64,000 bases of DNA from a virus (taxonomy: Duplodnaviria > Caudoviricetes). Position numbers and translations under genes: made by a program. Below, one piece after another: positions 1-8,012 of this stretch. How positions within the stretch are numbered: position 1 is the first letter of the stretch; each line of letters opens with the position of its first letter. A model generated the notes under the pieces. It searched no databases, was not told the origin of the DNA, and saw only the letters and a program-made list of their open reading frames with translations. The stretch is from IMG/VR virus record IMGVR_UViG_3300021387_000661, positions 64,001 through 128,000 of that record. One strand, given 5' to 3'.

Positions 1-687
1 CCAACCACTGTTTTTAACAAGTTCAAATACTTCATCAAATGTAAAGTAACAGTCTCCATCTTTTAATGAAAGGTCATCATCTGCCCACAAAACAGATCCT
101 CCCATATCAAGAGGTTTAAGAGATTTTATGTTTGTGAAATCATCTTCTTTCTTAACATCAGTTCCATTGCCTCTTCTCCTGATGTCATTCCAAACAGATT
201 CAGAAACATAATTCTTGTCTTTTACAAGGAAAACAAAAAGTCTGTTTATCGACTTGTTGAAGTTTGTAACATCAAAAACATTTGAATTATTAAATCCATA
301 TGCATATGCACTACTTGGGAATTTGGCATTGATTTCTTTTGTCCACATATGGAATCCATAACTTCCATTGGTCTTGAGTCTTAATTCATTTCCATCATAA
401 AATTTAAGGTGCTTACATCCTTCATACCAGGCAATCCTGATATTCCAATGCAACTGGTTCACTTCATCAACAGTAGGAAGTCTCCAACCATTATTGTTAT
501 AATCTTTTACATCATCAAAATGGAATTTCACCTCACCATCAATCTCAAGGTTGTCAATTGCCCAATAGATTGTTGTGTTTTCACCAAAGTCAACATAATC
601 TGGATTGAAAGCATCCTCTTGCTTGATATCAGTACCTATACCCCTTCTTCTGATGTCACTCCAGACTGATTCACTTAATTTCTTCAT
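1..687 (-). CDS. Tagged polyprotein-like protein, partial (runs off the left end); two ESxWxDIRRRG-tagged modules, each resembling the Bacteroidota 'VDLG...WA...WRLPT' (Lcl/DUF1566-like) domain
   Basis: Not in the ORF track (no stop inside the window). Translated by hand from ATG 687: MKKLSESVWSDIRRRGIGTDIKQEDAFNPDYVDFGENTTIYWAIDN...GWRLPTVDE...YVSESVWNDIRRRGNGTDVKKEDD...LDMGGSVLWADDDL... Confidence 0.75.
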   Translation of the reverse strand, partial: MKKLSESVWSDIRRRGIGTDIKQEDAFNPDYVDFGENTTIYWAIDNLEIDGEVKFHFDDVKDYNNNGWRLPTVDEVNQLHWNIRIAWYEGCKHLKFYDGNELRLKTNGSYGFHMWTKEINAKFPSSAYAYGFNNSNVFDVTNFNKSINRLFVFLVKDKNYVSESVWNDIRRRGNGTDVKKEDDFTNIKSLKPLDMGGSVLWADDDLSLKDGDCYFTFDEVFELVKNSGW

Positions 688-689
688 AG

Positions 690-1475
690 TTAATCTTTAA
701 ATTTTATGAATGCTACACCTTCTGTACCACTTGGATTGTTTTCATAATCCAATTCAAATTCTTTCAAATGTACCCATCCAAGTTTTGTATATGTGTCTAT
801 CAATTCTTTCCTTAAATCCTCATACCAGTTATCAAGCATAGGATATGTGATTATATGTATATCTTGAACCGTATCATAATCAACATCTTCTAATTCACAA
901 GGAGGTATTGTTGGATTTCCATCATCATCATACCAAGTTCCATCATCTTCATAGAGTATTGCACCACCAACATCATAATCAGTACCAATCAAATCATATA
1001 TGGTATATTTTGCAAATTCAGACATATGATTGTCTTCAAAAATCTTCTTTGTGTATTTGACAAGAATATCCTGGATTTCAAGTTCAGAACTATACATCTG
1101 CTCAAATCTTCCATTTTTAATCAACTCATCAATATAATCATCCCTGTCTTTATCTATATAATCTCTCAATACATAGACATCATATTCATCTTCACCAATA
1201 TCCCATTTATCACAACCAAATACACCTGCTATTTCTGTATCACCCCAGATTATGGTTGGATTGTTTTTGGGTCTATTAAATGCAAAACACCTCCAGGGGT
1301 CAGAGTTTTCTTCTTCATAAACATCTCCAAGTCCCCAGAAATCTTTCATAAGTTGATATTTAACACCATCAATGACAAGGGTAATACCTTTGTCTTCCTG
1401 TTTTACATCATCGCCAAGACCTCTTCTTCTGATGTCACCCCATATAGATTCAGTTATGTTACTTAATTTTTTCAT
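690..1475 (-). CDS. Hypothetical acidic protein with N-terminal ESxWxDIR tag (candidate internal head protein)
   Basis: Starts MKKLSNITESIWGDIRRRGLGDDVKQED; the rest is unlike its neighbours. Confidence 0.8.
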   Translation of the reverse strand: MKKLSNITESIWGDIRRRGLGDDVKQEDKGITLVIDGVKYQLMKDFWGLGDVYEEENSDPWRCFAFNRPKNNPTIIWGDTEIAGVFGCDKWDIGEDEYDVYVLRDYIDKDRDDYIDELIKNGRFEQMYSSELEIQDILVKYTKKIFEDNHMSEFAKYTIYDLIGTDYDVGGAILYEDDGTWYDDDGNPTIPPCELEDVDYDTVQDIHIITYPMLDNWYEDLRKELIDTYTKLGWVHLKEFELDYENNPSGTEGVAFIKFKD

Positions 1476-1490
1476 ATACTTCTCAATTTT

Positions 1491-2123
1491 TCATATACTT
1501 ATTAATATTCCAAATGAGTCCACAATGTCATCAATTGGTTTGATTACCTTATAATCAAGTTCATTCTCTTTACAGAACTTCCAGAATCCACACTTCTCAA
1601 TGTCTGGGTCTTTTATCCTGTTCTCAATAAATGCCTGGATCATATCTTCCTTCTTTGCATTTCCCTTACCGGAGAGATTCTTCTTTCCCTCTGTTGGAGA
1701 AATGATAACCAAACAGTCTTCACCAAAATCCTCCAGTAATTTAATCCTTAAAAATGAGTTGAACAGTGCCAGGTCCAGGGTCGATGATGATATACTTCCA
1801 TAAGAGAAACCTTCAAGTCCTATAATGACCTCTTCATCACCAACCAATTCTACCAATCTGTTTGAGATTTTGTTTGCGATCATTTTCGCAGCCCTCATCT
1901 TTGTTCTCTGTTCTTCCCTGTAGTCCTTCTTATCAATCTCCCTGGTGTATGGGTTGAGTTCTATAATACCTGAAAGTTGTCTGTGATAGTTGAAAGTCTT
2001 GTTCTTACCAGTCTTCCAGTCCTTTCCATAATCATCAAAGAAAGAGATGAAAGAATATTCACCATCTTTATATATACACACTGCCGGCGAAATCAAACTA
2101 TAATCTATTCCTATTTTAATCAT
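1491..2123 (-). CDS. RuvC-like Holliday junction resolvase (RNase H fold)
   Basis: IGIDYS strand, LEGFSYGS, SPTEGKK..SGKGNAKKEDM and DDIVDS acidic motifs typical of phage RuvC-like resolvases. Confidence 0.75.
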   Translation of the reverse strand: MIKIGIDYSLISPAVCIYKDGEYSFISFFDDYGKDWKTGKNKTFNYHRQLSGIIELNPYTREIDKKDYREEQRTKMRAAKMIANKISNRLVELVGDEEVIIGLEGFSYGSISSSTLDLALFNSFLRIKLLEDFGEDCLVIISPTEGKKNLSGKGNAKKEDMIQAFIENRIKDPDIEKCGFWKFCKENELDYKVIKPIDDIVDSFGILISI

Positions 2124-2620
2124 CTCAATGGTACTCCTTTTTCTCCATTAATTTCTGGTTCTTCCCTCAATACATACTCATTACTATATTTGTACACATA
2201 GAACTTCTTATTTTCAAGTCTGTATTTGATACTTCTTTTTTCCTGGATACTCATATCTGAATATTTTATAGGATTATAACTCTTGACACCATTGGCTTCC
2301 ATAGTATAGTTATCTGCACCATGTGATGTATTGTGGTAGATAGACAGATACCAGGCATCTTCATACTTGAAATGGATCCTTATTACATTTGGTTTCTCTA
2401 TATTCATCACTTTTTCAAGAGGCCATATGATGAGGTCATAAAGGAAATCATACAATCTCAATTCAGTTGATTTATACTTTGGTACAATATCAATAAGTAT
2501 GTTTCTCCACCAGTGTTCATAATCCTGTTCTGGTAAATCTTCCTGTTTGATGTCAGAACCTATACCTCTTTTTCTGATGTCATTCCAAACACTTTCAGTT
2601 ATACTACTCAGCTTCTTCAT
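2120..2620 (-). CDS. Hypothetical protein with N-terminal ESxWxDIR tag
   Basis: MKKLSSITESVWNDIRKRGIGSDIKQED; stop overlaps the start of the RuvC-like gene. Confidence 0.8.
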   Translation of the reverse strand: MKKLSSITESVWNDIRKRGIGSDIKQEDLPEQDYEHWWRNILIDIVPKYKSTELRLYDFLYDLIIWPLEKVMNIEKPNVIRIHFKYEDAWYLSIYHNTSHGADNYTMEANGVKSYNPIKYSDMSIQEKRSIKYRLENKKFYVYKYSNEYVLREEPEINGEKGVPLR

Positions 2621-3410
2621 CTACTGTAAACCAATTTTTAGTATATTCTTTATATTTCTTGAAGTTCTTCACTGTTGTTGCTGTGATAGGGATGCCAATG
2701 TTACAAGCATAATCATTGAATGACCAGACAATGAAAACAACATCATCTAATTCAGGGAATGTGTCAATCATACTTTCTTTATAATCAATTAAACTGGAGG
2801 CAGTACTTCCTTCGCCATATTTATCAGTATATTGTATTTCCCAATCATAAACATCTGATTCATCAATTAACTGTAAGATATAATCACTTTCATAATAAGA
2901 TATATTATCAAATTTTGTTTCAATAAAACCACCTTTATGTCTTGGTAGGTATGCAATGTCTCCACCAATCTCTTTTAGTTTGGTTGCAATACCTTTACAG
3001 ATTGATATATAGTCTTCTTCAGATACTCTGTCTTCAAAGTCATCCAGGTCAAAGTCTTTCATTTCATCATATGTCAAGAAATCTGCAATCAGGTCTGTAC
3101 CATGTCCTCCATCATATATAAGATATGTATAAGGTGCTTCAAATGCCCTGATGTTTTTCATTTCTTCTGGGGAATATGCCTTATCTCTGGTATTCAAGAT
3201 TGCAACCCTACATTCAACATAACTATCATTGTAATTAAGGATTTCTTTTATGAGTTCTTCATAATAAGAATCAGAAGCATTTTTCAGATAGATATCTACA
3301 TCAATACAAGTGTGAACTTTTTTACCATCCTCTTGTTTTACCTCAGTACCTATACCCCTTTTTCTGATGTCATTCCATACTGATTCTGTTATATTACTTA
3401 ATTTTTTCAT
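2604..3410 (-). CDS. Hypothetical acidic protein with N-terminal ESxWxDIR tag
   Basis: MKKLSNITESVWNDIRKRGIGTEVKQED; first gene after the minus-strand CATAAATA at 3432-3439. Confidence 0.8.
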   Translation of the reverse strand: MKKLSNITESVWNDIRKRGIGTEVKQEDGKKVHTCIDVDIYLKNASDSYYEELIKEILNYNDSYVECRVAILNTRDKAYSPEEMKNIRAFEAPYTYLIYDGGHGTDLIADFLTYDEMKDFDLDDFEDRVSEEDYISICKGIATKLKEIGGDIAYLPRHKGGFIETKFDNISYYESDYILQLIDESDVYDWEIQYTDKYGEGSTASSLIDYKESMIDTFPELDDVVFIVWSFNDYACNIGIPITATTVKNFKKYKEYTKNWFTVDEEAE

Positions 3411-3431
3411 TTATTAATAAAATATATAAGA

Positions 3432-3457
3432 TATTTATGGATTTTTGTTATATTTAG
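3432..3457. promoter_or_regulatory. Divergent promoter pair: late-type CATAAATA (-) back-to-back with TTTGTTATATTTAG (+)
   Basis: Same arrangement recurs at 5590-5626, 21031-21057, 23790-23833 and 59478-59504. Confidence 0.65.
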
Positions 3458-3494
3458 AATACTGAAAGAAGTTTAATTTTAAGTAGATAATAAT

Positions 3495-4304
3495 ATGTTT
3501 GAAAAAGTAAATCCTTCACATCCAGACAAGGTTGCTGATAGAATTGCAGGAGCATTGTTAGACCTTGCATATGCCAACCAGGAGAATCCAAAGGTTGCTG
3601 TTGAAGTACTCATTGGTCATGGTCTTTGTACAATCATTACAGAATCAAGTTTTGATTTCAATGAGGAAAATGTACTCCCCATTGTAAAGAGAATTGCCGG
3701 AGATGGTGTAGATCTTAAACTCATTGCTGTTCCACAGGATGAACATCTTGCACATAACCAGGATGATGAAATTCGCTGTGGCGATAATGGGATCTTCAAG
3801 GGTGAACCACTTGATGGAGAAGAAATGGAACTGAGTAAATTAGCACAGGAAATTTATCAGATTTATCCTACTGATGGTAAGTATATCCTGGATGAGAAAT
3901 CAAATACATTGATTGTTTGTCAAAGTAATGCTGATTCTGAAGAACTTAAAAATTGGTTGGAAGAAAAGTATCCTCATTATACAGTCATTGTGAATCCTCT
4001 TGGTGATTGGACTGGGGGACCAGATGTTGATTCTGGGGCAACCAACCGCAAGCTTGGTTCAGATATGGGTAGGTCTGTCACCGGTGGAGGACTTTGGGGG
4101 AAAGATGCATCAAAATGTGACTGGTCTGTAAATGTATATGCATTTCTTGAAGCACAACGAACTGGAAAACCTCAAAAGTTTTTTTGTGCAATTGGAGATA
4201 CAGAAATAAATGGTATACCATATTCTGAAATTGTAAAGATTGCCCTTGAATATGTTAAACAAATTGGTGGATTTGAATCTGCTGCATCTTGGGGACTCAT
4301 TTAA
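3495..4304 (+). CDS. metK: S-adenosylmethionine synthetase (short phage form)
   Basis: EKVNPSHPDKVADRIA, CGDNG, DSGATNRKL and GGGLWGKDASKCD match the MetK signature motifs. Confidence 0.9.
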   Translation: MFEKVNPSHPDKVADRIAGALLDLAYANQENPKVAVEVLIGHGLCTIITESSFDFNEENVLPIVKRIAGDGVDLKLIAVPQDEHLAHNQDDEIRCGDNGIFKGEPLDGEEMELSKLAQEIYQIYPTDGKYILDEKSNTLIVCQSNADSEELKNWLEEKYPHYTVIVNPLGDWTGGPDVDSGATNRKLGSDMGRSVTGGGLWGKDASKCDWSVNVYAFLEAQRTGKPQKFFCAIGDTEINGIPYSEIVKIALEYVKQIGGFESAASWGLI

Positions 4305-4308
4305 GAAG

Positions 4309-4339
4309 AAAGGAGAGAACTTAAAAAATTCTCTCTTTT
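4309..4339. terminator. Bidirectional intrinsic terminator between convergent genes
   Basis: aaaggagagaa ... ttctctctttt inverted repeat. Confidence 0.5.
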
Positions 4340-5520
4340 AATTTTTTAATATCATCACCTTTTAGAATTATGATATTATTTTTAATCATACATTGGTGTT
4401 TGGATTCAGCCAAACCATCTTTATACTCATTTCTATCATATGGGCAAATCATTTTATCTCCATCAAAGAATTGATCACCTTTTACTTCATATAATTTACC
4501 ATTAATACAAAAGTCAGGGTGATAATAATGTTTCATTTCTTCATATTCATATTCAAATGTAATATCTGGTTGATATTCACAAGGAATGTTATTTTCTTTA
4601 CAATATTGATAAATTTCTACTTCCCAAGATGAATCAAATGTTAAACCATCATAAAGAATCATCTTTTGTTTTTTGTGTGACCATTCTTTAGTTTGTGAAT
4701 AATTTATTACACCATATTTCTTCTTACAGGTTTCTTGCATTTTATCAAGACATTCTTGTGTTTGTGTATAACTTTCAACACCATATTTTTTTCTACAAGT
4801 TTCTTTTGCTTTTTGTCTGAATTCTTTGACTTGTAATGCATGTTCAACACCATATCTTTCTAACATCACAGATTTTTGTTTTTCTTTATATTCTGGTGTT
4901 TGTGTAAAATGTTCTACTCCATATTTTTCTAAACTTGTTTTTCTAACAGATTTTTTATATTCTTCTGATTGTTGATAATATTCTACTCCATATTTTTCAA
5001 CATTTGTTTGTTTTACTTTATTTCTACATTCAGATAAGGAAGAATAATTTTCTACGCCATATCTATCTTTTGATGTATTTTTATATTTTTGTCTGATTTG
5101 TATTGATTGTAAAGGGTGTTCAACACCATATTTTTCTAGACAAGTTGCTTTTATTTTTTCAAGACATTCTTTTGTTTGTGAATAATTTTCAACACCATAT
5201 CTATTAATACATGTTTCTTGCCTTTTTATTAAAGTGTTCTTATCTTTTATAGAACAATTTTTACAACAATGTAAGTTATATTCCTTACTAAATGATAAGA
5301 AAGTACATCTCTTTCCACAAACTGGACATAACCCAAGTTTTAATTCTGGGTCATCATTAAAGTAGTGAAATAGTTTTTGTGTGAATTTAAAATCAGATGG
5401 AAAATTCCAGGTAGATAAAATCTGATAGTGCTCAGGAAATTTCTTTTTGAATTGTGGTTCTTCTATATTACCATTTGGGTGTGTCTTAAGAATAGACAAC
5501 ACTTCTTCCTTTGTCATCAT
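4321..5520 (-). CDS. Free-standing homing-endonuclease-like protein (Zn ribbon + KYGVE repeats + PD-(D/E)xK nuclease)
   Basis: CPVCG...HCCKNC, tandem (E/K)(K/R)YGVE repeats, C-terminal FDSSWE...YHPDF...LYEVKG. Confidence 0.7.
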   Translation of the reverse strand: MMTKEEVLSILKTHPNGNIEEPQFKKKFPEHYQILSTWNFPSDFKFTQKLFHYFNDDPELKLGLCPVCGKRCTFLSFSKEYNLHCCKNCSIKDKNTLIKRQETCINRYGVENYSQTKECLEKIKATCLEKYGVEHPLQSIQIRQKYKNTSKDRYGVENYSSLSECRNKVKQTNVEKYGVEYYQQSEEYKKSVRKTSLEKYGVEHFTQTPEYKEKQKSVMLERYGVEHALQVKEFRQKAKETCRKKYGVESYTQTQECLDKMQETCKKKYGVINYSQTKEWSHKKQKMILYDGLTFDSSWEVEIYQYCKENNIPCEYQPDITFEYEYEEMKHYYHPDFCINGKLYEVKGDQFFDGDKMICPYDRNEYKDGLAESKHQCMIKNNIIILKGDDIKKLKERIF

Positions 5521-5544
5521 AAATATAGTGATATTTTATATATT

Positions 5545-5597
5545 AGAGCAGGTGGGACAATTTACCAGATTTACCATCTGCTCTTTCTATATTTATG
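5545..5597 (-). promoter_or_regulatory. Late promoter followed by a conserved leader hairpin
   Basis: agagcaggtgg/ccatctgctct stem enclosing tttaccaga, then ttctatatttatg; analogous element at 20982-21038. Confidence 0.55.
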
Positions 5598-5629
5598 AAA
5601 ATTTATATTTGGTTTGTTATATTTAGTGT

Positions 5630-6691
5630 ATGGAAAATAGGAAAATTTGGTTAATTGCAGACACTCACTTTGGATATAAAGGAGATGATGAAGAATTTTT
5701 AAATGACTACATTGGTTACTTTGAAGATGTTGTCATACCATTGATGAAGAAAGAGGTCAAGGATGGGGATATATTGATCCATTGTGGAGATGTCTTTGAC
5801 AACCGTTCCAATATTGGATTGAACACCATATACAGAGTAATTAAGTTATTTGAGTCATTTTCAAATATCTTCAATGACATCAGGATAACGGTTGGTAACC
5901 ATGACATTCTCAAGAAATCAACCAATGACATCACATCCATCAATATGTTGAAACATATACCACATATTAAGATTTATTATACACCTGAAGTGGAAGTTAT
6001 TGATGGAAAGACCTGTCTTTTTAATCCCTGGGTGGAAGATCCAGCAAAAGAGAAGGAGATACTTGCAGGAGTAAATGTAAATTATGTGTTTGGTCATCTT
6101 GAAATTGGAGGGTCACAGATGACAAGTAGGACAGGTATGAAGATTGAATTCCAGGGTGGTGTAAAACCATCAGACTTTAAGGATGCCCAGGTTTATGCTG
6201 GTCATATCCATATCAAACAGGATAATAAGAATATTCATTATCTTGGGAATCCTTATCATAAAGATAGAGGTGATAGGGGTAATCCAAAGGGTATAACTAT
6301 TCTTGACTTGAAAACTGGAAAGACCAGGTTTGTTGAAAACATTATTTCTCCAAGATATTTAAAGGAAAACATTTATGACATTCTTAATCTGACTGTTGCA
6401 GACCTCAAGACAAGGTGGAACAATAACAGGATAGACCTTCATATGAAGAATACAGATTATACAAAGTGTAGTTTTGATGAATTGAAGACTGCCCTGGGAA
6501 ACTGTTATAGGAGTTTTGAGCCACATGGGGATGAGGTTGTTGCAGAATTGAATATTGTGAATGACATCAATTTTAATGATGCAAAAAGTAGTGATGATTA
6601 TATGGATGATTTTCTTCACAATCAGGATGTAGATGAGAATATGATGAATGCCATAAAAGAGAAACTAATTGAGTATAGAGACAGATTATGA
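5630..6691 (+). CDS. gp47: Recombination endonuclease subunit (T4 gp47 / SbcD / Mre11 metallophosphoesterase)
   Basis: ADTHFG, GDVFDNR, VGNHD, FGHLE and AGHIH motifs. Confidence 0.9.
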   Translation: MENRKIWLIADTHFGYKGDDEEFLNDYIGYFEDVVIPLMKKEVKDGDILIHCGDVFDNRSNIGLNTIYRVIKLFESFSNIFNDIRITVGNHDILKKSTNDITSINMLKHIPHIKIYYTPEVEVIDGKTCLFNPWVEDPAKEKEILAGVNVNYVFGHLEIGGSQMTSRTGMKIEFQGGVKPSDFKDAQVYAGHIHIKQDNKNIHYLGNPYHKDRGDRGNPKGITILDLKTGKTRFVENIISPRYLKENIYDILNLTVADLKTRWNNNRIDLHMKNTDYTKCSFDELKTALGNCYRSFEPHGDEVVAELNIVNDINFNDAKSSDDYMDDFLHNQDVDENMMNAIKEKLIEYRDRL

Positions 6692-6954
6692 TAAAATTTC
6701 AAGCAGTAAATAATGTGGTTATATTGGTGAAGGATAAAGGAGAACCATCACCAATTATATTACCAAATCAGCAACCAAAGAATATGTATGAAATCCCAGA
6801 ACCATATACAGGTGTGATAGATAGTGTGGGGATAGACAATGAATGGAAGAAAGGAGACCATATTGCTTTCTGTGATATGGGTGGTGTTTATATGAAAGTA
6901 GATGATATTGAATATGTGGTCATTACTCCAGAAATGATAATTGGTAAATTGTAG
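6688..6954 (+). CDS. groES: GroES-like co-chaperonin
   Basis: 88 aa; IILP mobile loop, GVIDSVG, KKGDHIAF, VDDIEYVVI..EMIIGKL pattern. Confidence 0.7.
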   Translation: MIKFQAVNNVVILVKDKGEPSPIILPNQQPKNMYEIPEPYTGVIDSVGIDNEWKKGDHIAFCDMGGVYMKVDDIEYVVITPEMIIGKL

Positions 6955-6956
6955 TT

Positions 6957-7100
6957 ATGGAAGAAATTGTTTGGAACATAAGATTGGGAAAATTCAACAT
7001 CCGTTGGAAAAAGTATTATTATCCACCTTTCATTCAGAAAGATTTTTGTAAAGAATACAAGTATTTCAGTATTGGTAAACTTACATTTGTTATTATGTAA
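6957..7100 (+). CDS. Small hypothetical protein (47 aa)
   Basis: Hand-translated MEEIVWNIRLGKFNIRWKKYYYPPF...; fills the gap between groES and the exonuclease. Confidence 0.4.
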   Translation: MEEIVWNIRLGKFNIRWKKYYYPPFIQKDFCKEYKYFSIGKLTFVIM

Positions 7101-7117
7101 TTGTAAATTATGTAGAT

Positions 7118-7984
7118 ATGGATTTTGATGATATTTTTAATAATTCATTTGAGAAAAAGATAGAAGATAAGAACTTGGTGAACTTCAAGGTAAATGAATG
7201 TAGGAGACTTATTCTTGAGAAGTTTGGAGACATTAAGTTTATTGAGGAAGGTCATCAGTATTTTATTGGGGAGGAAGAATACATTCCTGTTAGTAACATC
7301 ATTAAAGAATATGAACCCGAAGTTGACTGGGATCAGAAAGCAGAAGATTATGCCAGAAAGTGGGGAAAAAAAAAGGAGGATGTACAGAAGGAGTGGAAAC
7401 TCAATAATCTGAAATCAACTATTTCCGGGACTAGGACACACTCTTTTGGTGAGAGTTATACCAATCTGTTGTGTGGTCATCCTGAACTCATCTGTGAGCA
7501 GAATAAACCACAGTATATTGAGGAATACAACACAATGGTTTCCACCTATCCAAAGGAGGATGCAGTGAAGAAGTTTTATGATGAATTGGAGACCAATTTA
7601 CATCCTATTGGTGCAGAGTTTAAACTTTCTTCAGAATACATAAAAGAATCCAGATCCATCTGTGGTACTTGTGACCTTTTGTTTTATGACAGTGAGAAAG
7701 ATGCTTATGTGATTGGTGACTGGAAGACAAACAAGTCATTGATAAAGGAATTTTCCAGGACTAATGGAATTCATATGACAGGGTGTATGAGTAAGTTTGT
7801 TGATGAACCTCTTTCACATTATACACTTCAATTCAATATTTATCAGAGAATGCTTGAATCTGTTGGATTGAAGATAATTGACAGGATACTGATATGGTTG
7901 AAGGATGATGGAACATATGAAAGGATAAATATTGAGAAGATTCCAGATAATGTTGTAGATAAGATTTTGAAAGGTGAGGATTAA
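7118..7984 (+). CDS. PD-(D/E)xK exonuclease (RecB/Cas4-like family)
   Basis: GTRTH, ICGTCDLLF, IGDWKTN and YTLQFNIY motifs. Confidence 0.8.
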   Translation: MDFDDIFNNSFEKKIEDKNLVNFKVNECRRLILEKFGDIKFIEEGHQYFIGEEEYIPVSNIIKEYEPEVDWDQKAEDYARKWGKKKEDVQKEWKLNNLKSTISGTRTHSFGESYTNLLCGHPELICEQNKPQYIEEYNTMVSTYPKEDAVKKFYDELETNLHPIGAEFKLSSEYIKESRSICGTCDLLFYDSEKDAYVIGDWKTNKSLIKEFSRTNGIHMTGCMSKFVDEPLSHYTLQFNIYQRMLESVGLKIIDRILIWLKDDGTYERINIEKIPDNVVDKILKGED

Positions 7985-7999
7985 TTCCCCACCTTTTCT

Positions 8000-8007
8000 C
8001 ATAAATA
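8000..8007 (+). promoter_or_regulatory. Late promoter CATAAATA
   Basis: Variant of the T4 late promoter TATAAATA, 5 nt before ATG 8013; recurs before most structural genes. Confidence 0.65.
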
Positions 8008-8012
8008 ATTGT

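Noticed and set aside
1-687. Diversity-generating retroelement target
   Set aside because: The domain type is compatible, but no reverse transcriptase or adenine-mismatched template/variable repeat pair is visible in this window.
7118-7984. Exonuclease as a CRISPR Cas4
   Set aside because: No evident four-cysteine Fe-S pattern and no CRISPR context; stand-alone PD-(D/E)xK exonucleases are common in T4-like phages.
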